A DNA stretch of 46,111 bases from Patescibacteria group bacterium (GTDB lineage Bacteria; Patescibacteriota; Minisyncoccia; JACQLN01). The notes beneath the pieces were generated by a model. That model searched no databases. It was not told the origin of the DNA and worked only from the letters and a program-made list of their open reading frames with translations. Below, piece by piece: positions 35,655 through 44,754 of this stretch. The translations under genes and the position numbers were made by a program. How positions within the stretch are numbered: position 1 is the stretch's first letter; each line of letters opens with the position of its first letter. The stretch covers positions 1 through 46,111 of the forward strand of contig JBBTRR010000007.1 of NCBI GenBank assembly GCA_038065095.1, given 5' to 3'.

Positions 35655-36350
35655 CTAGTATCCTGCGAATTCTTCAAACTTTATATTATCTTCTTTAACG
35701 CCAATCTCTATTAACAGTTGAGTTGTGCCTGCCACCATGCCTGGTGGGCCGGCGACATAATAAAACGGTGCGGCTAAGTTTTTTATATGTTGCTTTAAAA
35801 ATTTTTCGTCTATGTGGCCGTCTTCCTTGGTCCAGCGGGTTACAAAGTTAAAATTATTGTTATAGGCTTGCCATTCTTCTAAGTCGCCTACAAAAGCGGC
35901 GTCCTCGGGTGCGCGGTTAGAATATATTAAAATAATTTTTTGTTCGGAATTATTTTCAGTTTCGTTTTTTATAATGCTTCTAAAAGGCGTAATGCCAATA
36001 CCGCCGGTTATTATAACCACTGGTACTTTTTTATCGCTATGAAGCTTGAACGAACCTAACGGGCCATCTACGTGAACCAAACTGCCAATTTCTAACTCGG
36101 CCAAACTCTTTTTCATAGCGCTATCGGTTAAACGGCTCGCTATCATCAAGTAGTTATCTAACGGGGAAGAGGCAATAGAAAATGCCCTAACATTGCCTTT
36201 GTCATCTTTGTATTTTGGATCTTCTATGGAAATATCTATAAACTGTCCAGGTTTAAAATTAAATTCTTTGTCGCCAAACTCAAAAACAAAAGACATGGTT
36301 TCTTTGGCAATGACCTTTTTTTCTTTTAGAGTAAATGCGTAGTGGGGCAT
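35655..36350 (-). CDS. FAD/NAD(P)-binding ferredoxin-reductase-type oxidoreductase
   Basis: FKPGQF, RAFSIASSP, GPLGSF, GGIGITPF, YVAGPPGMV, EEFAGY. Confidence 0.9.
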   Translation of the reverse strand: MPHYAFTLKEKKVIAKETMSFVFEFGDKEFNFKPGQFIDISIEDPKYKDDKGNVRAFSIASSPLDNYLMIASRLTDSAMKKSLAELEIGSLVHVDGPLGSFKLHSDKKVPVVIITGGIGITPFRSIIKNETENNSEQKIILIYSNRAPEDAAFVGDLEEWQAYNNNFNFVTRWTKEDGHIDEKFLKQHIKNLAAPFYYVAGPPGMVAGTTQLLIEIGVKEDNIKFEEFAGY

Positions 36351-36473
36351 AATTTAATTATAACCTTTTAGGAGTTTATTTTGCTAGTATTTTACAAAAG
36401 AGTTGTTTTCTGCTTTTATGGATATGTTCTTTTAAATGATTAAAAACTAGACCTTAAATGGAGGTGTTTTTGT

Positions 36474-37382
36474 ATGAGAGAAGTCGTATCAATAATGAGG
36501 CAAGATGTGCCTTGTTGGTATGAGCTTTCGTGGCAAAGTGAACCCCCAGCCATTATCCTAAAAATCCGAAAGGATTTTGTAGATCACATCAAAAGTACCT
36601 TCCCTGATTTCGGCGAAAATTCTGGCATAGTACAGAGCACAAAAGAAGCTTTAAATTTAGGCGTGTTTAATCCGGATTTTAGTTCATTTTTTGGTTTTGA
36701 AAATGCCCTCGGTGTTGCTAAGGATGATGGTGATTTTTTTTCCTTTGCTATTAACCTTCCCTGTGTAAGAGTTTCTACGAGTATGGTGTGTCTTCATTGC
36801 AAAATGATGGGTGAAATAGACAAAGACTGCTTGCTTTGCGATGGGACTGGCAAAGAAATGGCTTTTGACCAAAGGCCATTGTGGGCGATTACAGCTTCTT
36901 TAAGGGTTGTTTGTGCAGTTGGATATGTGGATTATCCATTTTTGGAATTTTTTACAAAGTCAGACAGATCGCAGCTTTTTATTTTTAGCCTAGCTACCGA
37001 AAGAGATATGAACGGTTCTCATGTTACGGGCGAGTACGGTAAAAATCTTGTACAGTGGCTTTTAGAACTTTCTCAAAATGAAGAAAATATGGAAGCTATC
37101 CTAGGAAGAATCACTAAAGCAATTTGTGAAATTCATAAACAAATGCATGGTAGGCTTAGTAATTTCGAGGAGATGGATATTCGAGCTTATGTGCACAACG
37201 GAGGCTTTCATATAAGCGTTCCAGGAAATGCTTGCGGTATAGATCCTAGTCACCATCTAACAGACAGAGATGAAGGGGGTTATGAGTTTTGTGGGCATAA
37301 CATTGATTCTCCATTGCAACAGCTTTCTATAATTGCAGGTTTAGCGGCTTTACACGACGAAGCCAGAAAGGCTGGTTATTAG
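36474..37382 (+). CDS. Hypothetical protein with CxxC...CxxCxGxG zinc finger
   Basis: GGAGG SD; CLHC...CLLCDGTG; C-terminal PGNACGIDP, HNIDS. Confidence 0.6.
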   Translation: MREVVSIMRQDVPCWYELSWQSEPPAIILKIRKDFVDHIKSTFPDFGENSGIVQSTKEALNLGVFNPDFSSFFGFENALGVAKDDGDFFSFAINLPCVRVSTSMVCLHCKMMGEIDKDCLLCDGTGKEMAFDQRPLWAITASLRVVCAVGYVDYPFLEFFTKSDRSQLFIFSLATERDMNGSHVTGEYGKNLVQWLLELSQNEENMEAILGRITKAICEIHKQMHGRLSNFEEMDIRAYVHNGGFHISVPGNACGIDPSHHLTDRDEGGYEFCGHNIDSPLQQLSIIAGLAALHDEARKAGY

Positions 37383-37385
37383 TTT

Positions 37386-38918
37386 CTAGCGAGGCGGGAT
37401 TTTAAAAACCGCCTCTTTTTTATTTTCAAAAACCAAAGGGAAAGTATTATCTTTTACCCAATAAAAATATGTTTTAGGATTGCGCGATTTTTTAAGCACA
37501 ATATATGAAGCTTTAAAATCGTTTATTAAAACCGACGGTGTTGTTTCTATTTCTTCTTGTTTACAACGAATTAAACCGCAGGTATTGGTATAACCTACGT
37601 CGGCTAGCAAAAAATGATTTTTCCAATATAACGCTGGGCTAAAAGCATATTCAAAAATGGGGTCCATGCCGTTTATATAATAATTTTGATTATTCCAATA
37701 CATTAAACTGCCAAATTGATCCCAGCTGGTGTTAAAAACAATTTCGCCAGCTTTAGCATTTTCTTTTAGCCACAGCGAAGATTCTTTCATATCGTCTGGC
37801 GCCCAAGCGTCGGCGTTATATGCTTTAAATAGCGGCACAGAGTTTAAACTTAAAAACCCAGCAACTATTATTAAACCAGAAACAACAAAGTTTTTATACT
37901 TTATATTTGTTAACTTATTTAAATAAATAGATAAGGCAGACGAAGCAGTTATTAAAGTGAACCCAGTAAAAATATCGTAACTTCTACGAGCCACAAATAA
38001 AGTTATTAATAAGAAGAAAACAGAAACAGTTAAGGAAGATAAAAATATATTTTTAGAATTATTGATTTCGTTAGAGCGATATTTTTTAATTACGATTTTA
38101 TATAAAATAATGCCAATAATCCCAATTAGGAAAATAGGCAATATATTTCTTAAAACAGAATCTAAATTTGGAGTTTTAAGTTCTCGGCCAAATGTTAAAG
38201 GAATGTTTTGCCATTTAACAATGATAATTTGTACTACTTGAATATACGCCAGTTTTAAACCACCTAAAGGATTTGGTCGAGCTAATAAACCAGTAATAAC
38301 ACCTAACGCAAGATAAATAATATGTTTAAACTTGGCGGGTTCGCGGCGAAGCTTTAAAACCAAGCTAGTTAAAATAACAACGGCTAAAGGTAGCCAACTT
38401 AAAGCGGAATGTAAGAATGCAGCAATAAAACCTAAAATAAACAGAGGCCATCGCTTGCTCGAACTCAAAAACAACGCAAATATAATTACTGTTAAAGCAA
38501 ACGATAAATTATGTGGCCGAGTCATTGTTAGGCGGTACATAACATCGGGTGTTGCCAACACAAAAACCAGTGTCCATAAAATTGGCCACTTAATTTTTAA
38601 TTTGTTTAGTGCAAAATAAAAACCACCAAGTGTTAAAAATGTAATAAATGCACCAGCTAGTTTTATTCCTAAAACTCCGTTTTTAAAATAAGTAAACGGA
38701 ATTAAAAATAAATGAAAGCCGTACCAAATATCGGATTTAAGTTCTTTAATTATAGAAAACTGCGCCCAAGGAAATTCGCTATAAAATATTCCACGCTCGG
38801 CATAAACCTTAGCATGCGCCATATGATAAAACGCATCAGGATCAGCGATGTTTGGGGTAGAGAATTGTAATGCCAAGGCTATTCCCGCGAGCAATAATAT
38901 TACACCTAGGGTTTTCAT
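37386..38918 (-). CDS. Polytopic membrane protein, probable GT-C glycosyltransferase
   Basis: DPDAFYH after TM1, about 12 TM segments, RPH, WLKEN...WDQFG periplasmic tail. Confidence 0.65.
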   Translation of the reverse strand: MKTLGVILLLAGIALALQFSTPNIADPDAFYHMAHAKVYAERGIFYSEFPWAQFSIIKELKSDIWYGFHLFLIPFTYFKNGVLGIKLAGAFITFLTLGGFYFALNKLKIKWPILWTLVFVLATPDVMYRLTMTRPHNLSFALTVIIFALFLSSSKRWPLFILGFIAAFLHSALSWLPLAVVILTSLVLKLRREPAKFKHIIYLALGVITGLLARPNPLGGLKLAYIQVVQIIIVKWQNIPLTFGRELKTPNLDSVLRNILPIFLIGIIGIILYKIVIKKYRSNEINNSKNIFLSSLTVSVFFLLITLFVARRSYDIFTGFTLITASSALSIYLNKLTNIKYKNFVVSGLIIVAGFLSLNSVPLFKAYNADAWAPDDMKESSLWLKENAKAGEIVFNTSWDQFGSLMYWNNQNYYINGMDPIFEYAFSPALYWKNHFLLADVGYTNTCGLIRCKQEEIETTPSVLINDFKASYIVLKKSRNPKTYFYWVKDNTFPLVFENKKEAVFKIPPR

Positions 38919-38922
38919 TTCT

Positions 38923-39561
38923 TTATAATAAGTGGGGTTTTAAAAATTCTTTTATTTTTCCTATATTGTTCAATATATCACTAAAAAAAACATCTGGGGT
39001 TTCTGAGTTTCCTTTGTCATAGATTAAATCCTCAATTGATTCGATATCATTTTTATGATTATTGTTTAAAAAACTTTGTAATGCCCAGTACAATTTTTTT
39101 GTCGAATCAATTAATGGTGTAGAAACTTTTACGGCTTCTATTCCCCACGATACTTCGACTTCAAGTAGCTCTGCTTCCAAGTTTGTCCAAGCTTTTCTAA
39201 CGCTTTTCCATCGTCTGGAATATACAGCTACGTTGGTTTTCATATTATCTTTATAAGTTTCACTTTCAAAGCCAGATTCTTTTAAAGCTGTTTCCATTTC
39301 ACTAAATGTAATTAGTGGATTTCTAACATATTTTATTTCATCTCTTAACTTAAGGATTGCTTTTAAATATCGACGAGCTATTTCATAATTAGTTTTACCT
39401 TTTGTTTGCAATTGCCACTCTTTTACACCCTTGATAGCTAGAAAAGTTATTATGATTGCCGATGTTGCTGTTATCGCATCAGAGTTTTTATTGAGAAATT
39501 CTATTATTTCTTTGGTTAATTCAATTGTTGGATATACGGATATAAAATTAATAATTTTCAT
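38923..39561 (-). CDS. Hypothetical membrane-anchored protein
   Basis: 212-aa ORF, TM then helical domain. Confidence 0.6.
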   Translation of the reverse strand: MKIINFISVYPTIELTKEIIEFLNKNSDAITATSAIIITFLAIKGVKEWQLQTKGKTNYEIARRYLKAILKLRDEIKYVRNPLITFSEMETALKESGFESETYKDNMKTNVAVYSRRWKSVRKAWTNLEAELLEVEVSWGIEAVKVSTPLIDSTKKLYWALQSFLNNNHKNDIESIEDLIYDKGNSETPDVFFSDILNNIGKIKEFLKPHLL

Positions 39562-39635
39562 TTATATTTTTAACATGGCGAGTTCTAAAATCTATCGAAG
39601 TCTCACTTCGATAAAGACTAAGCACTTTTTGGATT

Positions 39636-40664
39636 TTACCAAAATTTTAATTTTGAGAAAAAACCTTTAACCTTGCTCAAAACTTTCACTTTTGTAGAAC
39701 CCTCCTTTTGTTTAATTTCTTCGGCTTTAATACTGGAAGTGGCTAGGATTTCTGCCTTAGTTGTGGTTGTTATTATAGAAGTTTTTTCGGTAGAAACTGA
39801 AGAAGGTTTAATTTTTGGCTGCGATGGCTGACTTTGTATAATGGGATTAGTAGATTTTGGTTGGATTACTTGTTGTGGCGGTGTTTGTGTTATAGATGAT
39901 TGAATAGATTGTGTTTCAATTTTGTTGCAAGTGGTTTGAGTTGAGTTCCAAACATAACCTGTATCACAGGCACAACGATAAACACCGTCAACTATTCTTG
40001 CAATAGAATTGACTCCAAGTGTCAGCTTGCAATAGTCATCTGCAGTAGTACATTGATTTTTGTAGTTAGCGTACCCGTAGTTACAGGAACACTGATTATT
40101 TGCATTCAAAGTTGAGTTTGCTGGACAAGAGTAAGTTGGAACACTTTGTGGCTGTGAATATGATTGTTGAAGCGATTTTAAGAATTCAGCCTGCTGTTCG
40201 TAATAATGTTTTTCCCCTAGAGCATAGCATTCTTTATAATATTTTGTTTCAGCAACATCATAATCTAACACGGCATTTTTGCACTCCGCAGCAAGATATA
40301 AAGCGTCTATGGCTTTCTGGCGTAGCTCTGAGGAAGATAGGTTATTCAAAGAATAATCGCTAACACTTACCTTACAAGTGTTTTTGACTGTATTACTCAA
40401 CTCATCCAATAAATATTTACTGTTTAACTGTTGAGCAACTTCAGTCGAACAATGGTGGAGATTTTCTGTACACATTTTTTGGGAATAATATCGTTCCGAA
40501 CTATCTAACCAGCCATCGTAGCAAATTGCACTTCCATCCCAATCAGGTCCGGCTTTACAATTAATCCCACTATGCCAAGAGCAAGTTCCTTCAATTGCAA
40601 GAGCATTGCTTGTTTGGTTAAAAACAAAAAAAATGGATGTCAAAATTATTAAAATATATTTCAT
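39636..40664 (-). CDS. Secreted Cys-rich protein with Q/S/T-rich tail
   Basis: Signal peptide, GTCSWHSGINC...ICYDG, EGF-like CSCNYGY and CACDTGY modules. Confidence 0.7.
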   Translation of the reverse strand: MKYILIILTSIFFVFNQTSNALAIEGTCSWHSGINCKAGPDWDGSAICYDGWLDSSERYYSQKMCTENLHHCSTEVAQQLNSKYLLDELSNTVKNTCKVSVSDYSLNNLSSSELRQKAIDALYLAAECKNAVLDYDVAETKYYKECYALGEKHYYEQQAEFLKSLQQSYSQPQSVPTYSCPANSTLNANNQCSCNYGYANYKNQCTTADDYCKLTLGVNSIARIVDGVYRCACDTGYVWNSTQTTCNKIETQSIQSSITQTPPQQVIQPKSTNPIIQSQPSQPKIKPSSVSTEKTSIITTTTKAEILATSSIKAEEIKQKEGSTKVKVLSKVKGFFSKLKFW

Positions 40665-40666
40665 TA

Positions 40667-40843
40667 TTATCTAGTTGAGAATTTTTCTCGGTTTTTAACT
40701 TTTAAAAATAGCCAGTCTTCTAAAACTTCTCGAAGTTCTTTTTTACAATCTTTCAAATTCTTAGCATTTGCCCATACTCCCTTTACATTAGAAATTTCCC
40801 CAAAGTATGTGCCGTCTTTGATTTTCTTATATTTTGCCTCCAT
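40667..40843 (-). CDS. HicB-family antitoxin-like ORF (58 aa, below ORF-track cutoff)
   Basis: MEAKYKKIKDGTYFGEISNVKGVWANAKNLKDCKKELREVLEDWL. Confidence 0.6.
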   Translation of the reverse strand: MEAKYKKIKDGTYFGEISNVKGVWANAKNLKDCKKELREVLEDWLFLKVKNREKFSTR

Positions 40844-40921
40844 ATATGCTTAATAGGATAGCAAAACATTCAAATTAAAGCACTTTTAATAAGTTGGGTT
40901 TTATGGTATTTTCTAAACTAT

Positions 40922-40992
40922 TGCGGGATCGTCTAATGGTAGGACACATCCCTCTGGAGGATGGTATCTTGGTTCGAATCCAGGTCCCGCAG
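40922..40992 (+). tRNA. tRNA-Gln(CTG)
   Basis: Anticodon arm CATCC-CT-CTG-GA-GGATG. Confidence 0.94.
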
Positions 40993-41089
40993 CACTTCGT
41001 CGCACTTTGTGCTCCTCAGTGCCTTCGGCACCATATAGATAAATAAGACGAAGTCCCCGAGAAGTCTTCGACGAGGGGCCGAGATTTAA

Positions 41090-41335
41090 ATGTCATATTA
41101 TTTCGTTTACATTCTTGAATGTTCGGATAAATCTTTGTATGTGGGTTGTACTAATAATCTTGAAAGAAGATTAAAGCAACATAACGATTCAAAATGGGGC
41201 GCTCATTATACAAAAATTCGTAGGCCAGTGACTTTAAAATATTCTGAAACATTCCAAACGTTAATTATGGCACGTCGACGTGAGCGTGAAGTCAAAGGTT
41301 GGAAGAGGGATAAGAAATGGAATCTTATAATTTGA
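41090..41335 (+). CDS. Small GIY-YIG nuclease (YhbQ/UPF0213-like)
   Basis: YFVYILECSDKSLYVGCTNNLERRLKQHN...GAHYT..RRPV..ARRRE. Confidence 0.9.
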   Translation: MSYYFVYILECSDKSLYVGCTNNLERRLKQHNDSKWGAHYTKIRRPVTLKYSETFQTLIMARRREREVKGWKRDKKWNLII

Positions 41336-41681
41336 GATTTATTTTAAAGATCTATTTTTAGCATATGCGTATATAGGGTCCATCGCATTTTTTGTGGGGG
41401 TCTATCAAGTTTTCAAAGCGTTAGGATACGTAAGGCAAAATAAAACATTCTCGCCAGAAACTTTAAAAGCTTTGCGAACTATAAAACGCTGTGCAATAAC
41501 CATTATTTGTTTTATTGTGCCCGCGGTAGCTTATTTGTTTATAGTTCGACCCGAAGATGATATTGCAGGTGGTGTAGCAATGGGTGTTTTTATTACTTTT
41601 TTCTCTGTTGTAATTGCGGCCACAGCGGCTAAGTTTGAACGCATTTTGCAAAATAGGTTTAGCAAAGATAGTCATTGTTAA
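41331..41681 (+). pseudogene. 5'-truncated DUF2975-like membrane protein
   Basis: Open frame begins FEIYFKDLFLAYAYIGSIAFFVGVYQ right after an in-frame TAA, overlapping the GIY-YIG stop. Confidence 0.55.
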
Positions 41682-41687
41682 TACATT

Positions 41688-42341
41688 ATGTATTTGGAAG
41701 TTAAAAATTTTATAAAAAAATTTATAGCTATTTTGACGGGAATAGTTCTTTTAATGACTTTTATTGATTTCCTTCTTAAATGGAAAATATATCCTTATCT
41801 GTTTAATTCTATCTCTGTGTTTGTCAGGATGCTTTATAAATTTGCATTTGAATCATTTGTTTTAATTTCCTTGGGTTTTATGGCCTTATGTCTTTGGAAG
41901 TTGCATAAAAAATTTATAAGTTCTAAACCTAATGCTCTTGAAAAAGAACTTGGGGATACAAAAAATATTATCGAAACTCAAATAAAAAAAGTTTCAGATT
42001 TTAATACTACTCAAATTAAAAATATGGAGGCTAGATTAGATGATCGATTATTTAAAGTCGAGAGGACAATAGTAGATTTTCAAATCGAGAGTTATAGAAA
42101 TAAAGGCCAAGTTGGAGAAATAGCCGCCATGATAGAAGGTTTAAAAATGGATATAAAGAGGGGGTGGGGTGCTGAAGATACTCTTTTAGAAATAAAGGAG
42201 TGTATTAACAAGAATGGGATGCCAAATTATTTTTTTAATGATCTTCACTTGGCACTCAAAGGGGTACCAGAAGGTTTTAAAATATTAGGAGATGAAATTC
42301 TTAAATTAGCTCAAGAAAAACTTTTTAATCCCAATAAATAA
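41688..42341 (+). CDS. Hypothetical membrane protein
   Basis: Two TM segments then coiled coil. Confidence 0.6.
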   Translation: MYLEVKNFIKKFIAILTGIVLLMTFIDFLLKWKIYPYLFNSISVFVRMLYKFAFESFVLISLGFMALCLWKLHKKFISSKPNALEKELGDTKNIIETQIKKVSDFNTTQIKNMEARLDDRLFKVERTIVDFQIESYRNKGQVGEIAAMIEGLKMDIKRGWGAEDTLLEIKECINKNGMPNYFFNDLHLALKGVPEGFKILGDEILKLAQEKLFNPNK

Positions 42342-42393
42342 TTAATTTATAAATCTAGCAAGTATAGTCCTTGTTGTTGGTGCTAATAAATAA

Positions 42394-42966
42394 ATGCCTC
42401 AAATTAAAAACAAAACCCGATGCCCGTGGGTTAGGGAAAATCCTTTATATATTAAATACCATGACCAAGAATGGGGTGTGCCGGTTTATAAAGACGATAA
42501 GATTTTTGAGTTTTTAGTTTTAGAAAGTGCGCAGGCGGGTTTAAGTTGGTTAACAATTTTAAAAAAGAGGCAGAATTACAAAAAAGCTTTTGCTGGCTTT
42601 GACCCAGTAAAAGTTGCTAAGTTTAATGCTAAAGATTTTAAGCGTTTAATGGCGGATGCCGGAATCGTTAGAAACAAATTAAAAATTTTAGCGGCTATAA
42701 ACAATGCTCAAAGGTTTTTAGAGGTTAAAAAAGAATTTGGCACGTTTAGCAAATATATGTGGGGCTTTGTCAGCGGTAAACCGATAAAGCATAAAATTAA
42801 AACCTTAAAAGATTATCCTGTTAAAATTAAAGAAGCTGAAGATTGGGCGAAAGATTTAAAACGTAGAGGTTTTAGATTCTTGGGTGCTACAATTTGTTAT
42901 GCGCATATGCAAGCGGTTGGTATGGTTAACGATCACTCGGTAGATTGTTTTAAAAGTAGAAAATAG
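42394..42966 (+). CDS. tag: DNA-3-methyladenine glycosylase I
   Basis: RCPW, YHDQEWG, LESAQAGLSW, MQAVGMVNDH...C. Confidence 0.95.
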   Translation: MPQIKNKTRCPWVRENPLYIKYHDQEWGVPVYKDDKIFEFLVLESAQAGLSWLTILKKRQNYKKAFAGFDPVKVAKFNAKDFKRLMADAGIVRNKLKILAAINNAQRFLEVKKEFGTFSKYMWGFVSGKPIKHKIKTLKDYPVKIKEAEDWAKDLKRRGFRFLGATICYAHMQAVGMVNDHSVDCFKSRK

Positions 42967-43008
42967 AACGTAGAAGGTAGAAATATAGATCAGAAAATAA
43001 AAACAGAA

Positions 43009-44553
43009 ATGAAGATTCCAAAACACATAGAAAACATATTAAGCGAACTTGAAAAATCTGGATACCAAGCGTATTTAGTAGGTGGTTGCGTGCGTGATCT
43101 TGTCCTGAGCGAAGTTGAAGGATTACCTTTTAAAGCGAAGGATTGGGATATAACCACCAACGCCAAGCCCGAAGAAATTCAAAAAATATTTACAGATAGC
43201 GTTTACGAAAACGATTTTGGCACCGTGGGCGTTAAAGTTAGACATTCAGAATCAGATACAGAAGTTGTAGAAGTTACACCATTTAGAAAAGAAGAATCTT
43301 ATAGCGATAAACGTCATCCAGATAAAGTAATCTTCACTCAAAAAGTGGAAGATGATTTAGCTCGCCGAGATTTTACCGTAAATGCGATGGCGTTAAAAAT
43401 TACAAATTACAATTCACAAATTACAAACAATTCACAAATTCAAAATTCTAATTTACAGATTATTGATCCGTTTGGAGGCGAGAAAGATATTGAAGCTAAA
43501 TTGATTCGAGCTGTTGGTAAACCAGAAGATAGGTTTAACGAAGACGCTTTACGTTTGATGCGGGCGGTTCGTTTCGCTGCCCAGCTCGGCTTTTCCGCCC
43601 AAGGCGGACCAGTCTCGGGCTGGGATATTGAGTTGGCAACTAAGTCAGCCATCAAGTCTTTGGCCAATAATTTAAAAGCGATTTCTCACGAAAGAATTCG
43701 CGATGAGTTGACAAAGCTTATAGCTTCTAGCGATCCAGAAAAAGGAATTATTTTAATGCAGGAATTGGGCTTGTTAAAAATTGTTTTACCAGAGGTTGAG
43801 GAAGGTGTGGGGGTCGCCCAAAATAAACACCATATTTATAACGTGTTTGAACACTTGGTAAAATCTTTAGGTTTTGCGGCAAAATATAATTATAATATTT
43901 ATGTTCGCTTTGCTAGTTTATTGCATGATGTTGGTAAACCCAGAACCAAAGAAGGTGTTGGCGAAGATGCCAGTTTCCACGGCCACGAATTTGTGGGCGC
44001 TAAAATGGCGGTTAAAGCTTTAGAGCGTTTAAAGTTTTCTAAAGATTTTATAGAAAAAGTTTATACTCTGGTTCGTTATCATATGTTTTATTACAACGTG
44101 GGCGAGGTTACCGAAAAATCGGTTAGAAGGTTAGTGCGGAAAGTTGGGCCAGAAAATATGCAAGAACTTTTAGAGCTTAGGCAATCGGAGCGCAAAGGTT
44201 CTGGTGTGCCAAAAGCCGAGCCATATAGGCTTCGCCATTTAAAGTATATGATAGACAAGGTTTCGCGTGATCCTTTAACCGTGGGTATGTTAAAGGTTAA
44301 TGGTAACGACGTTATGACTGTGCTGGGCATTGAACCAGGGCCGAAAATAGGGCATATTCTTAGTGCTTTGCTGGAAGAAGTTATAGACGATCCCGCCCGA
44401 AACGAAAAAGAATATTTAACTGGCCGTATGAAAGAATTAAATAATTTATCTAGCGAAGAATTAATCAAACTAGCCCAAGCAGGGAAAGATAAACTAGAAG
44501 AAGAAAAAGAAAAAGAGGACGAGAGTATTAAAGAAAGATATTTTGTAAAATAA
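43009..44553 (+). CDS. cca: CCA tRNA nucleotidyltransferase with HD domain
   Basis: YLVGGCVRD, DWDITT, RRDFTVNAMA, EDALRLMRAVRF, LLHDVGK. Confidence 0.9.
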   Translation: MKIPKHIENILSELEKSGYQAYLVGGCVRDLVLSEVEGLPFKAKDWDITTNAKPEEIQKIFTDSVYENDFGTVGVKVRHSESDTEVVEVTPFRKEESYSDKRHPDKVIFTQKVEDDLARRDFTVNAMALKITNYNSQITNNSQIQNSNLQIIDPFGGEKDIEAKLIRAVGKPEDRFNEDALRLMRAVRFAAQLGFSAQGGPVSGWDIELATKSAIKSLANNLKAISHERIRDELTKLIASSDPEKGIILMQELGLLKIVLPEVEEGVGVAQNKHHIYNVFEHLVKSLGFAAKYNYNIYVRFASLLHDVGKPRTKEGVGEDASFHGHEFVGAKMAVKALERLKFSKDFIEKVYTLVRYHMFYYNVGEVTEKSVRRLVRKVGPENMQELLELRQSERKGSGVPKAEPYRLRHLKYMIDKVSRDPLTVGMLKVNGNDVMTVLGIEPGPKIGHILSALLEEVIDDPARNEKEYLTGRMKELNNLSSEELIKLAQAGKDKLEEEKEKEDESIKERYFVK

Positions 44554-44560
44554 TCTTTCT

Positions 44561-44631
44561 CGGGCTGGCGTATGCCGGTAGTACGCACGATTCGGGTTCG
44601 TGTAGACTGGGTTCGATTCCCAGCAGCCCGA
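44561..44631 (+). tRNA. tRNA-Pro(CGG)
   Basis: Anticodon arm CACGA-TT-CGG-GT-TCGTG; CGGGCTG/CAGCCCG acceptor. Confidence 0.88.
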
Positions 44632-44632
44632 C

Positions 44633-44706
44633 GGGCCCATAGTTAAGTGGTATAACGGCACATTCGCATTGTGCAGGCGTGAGTTCGATTCTCACTGGGT
44701 CCACCA
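44633..44706 (+). tRNA. tRNA-Ala(CGC)
   Basis: Anticodon arm GCACA-TT-CGC-AT-TGTGC; G3-U70 pair; encoded CCA. Confidence 0.93.
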
Positions 44707-44754
44707 AGCTGAGCTTGGTCCACCGAGTTATTTTTACGGTATAATAATTAGGTA

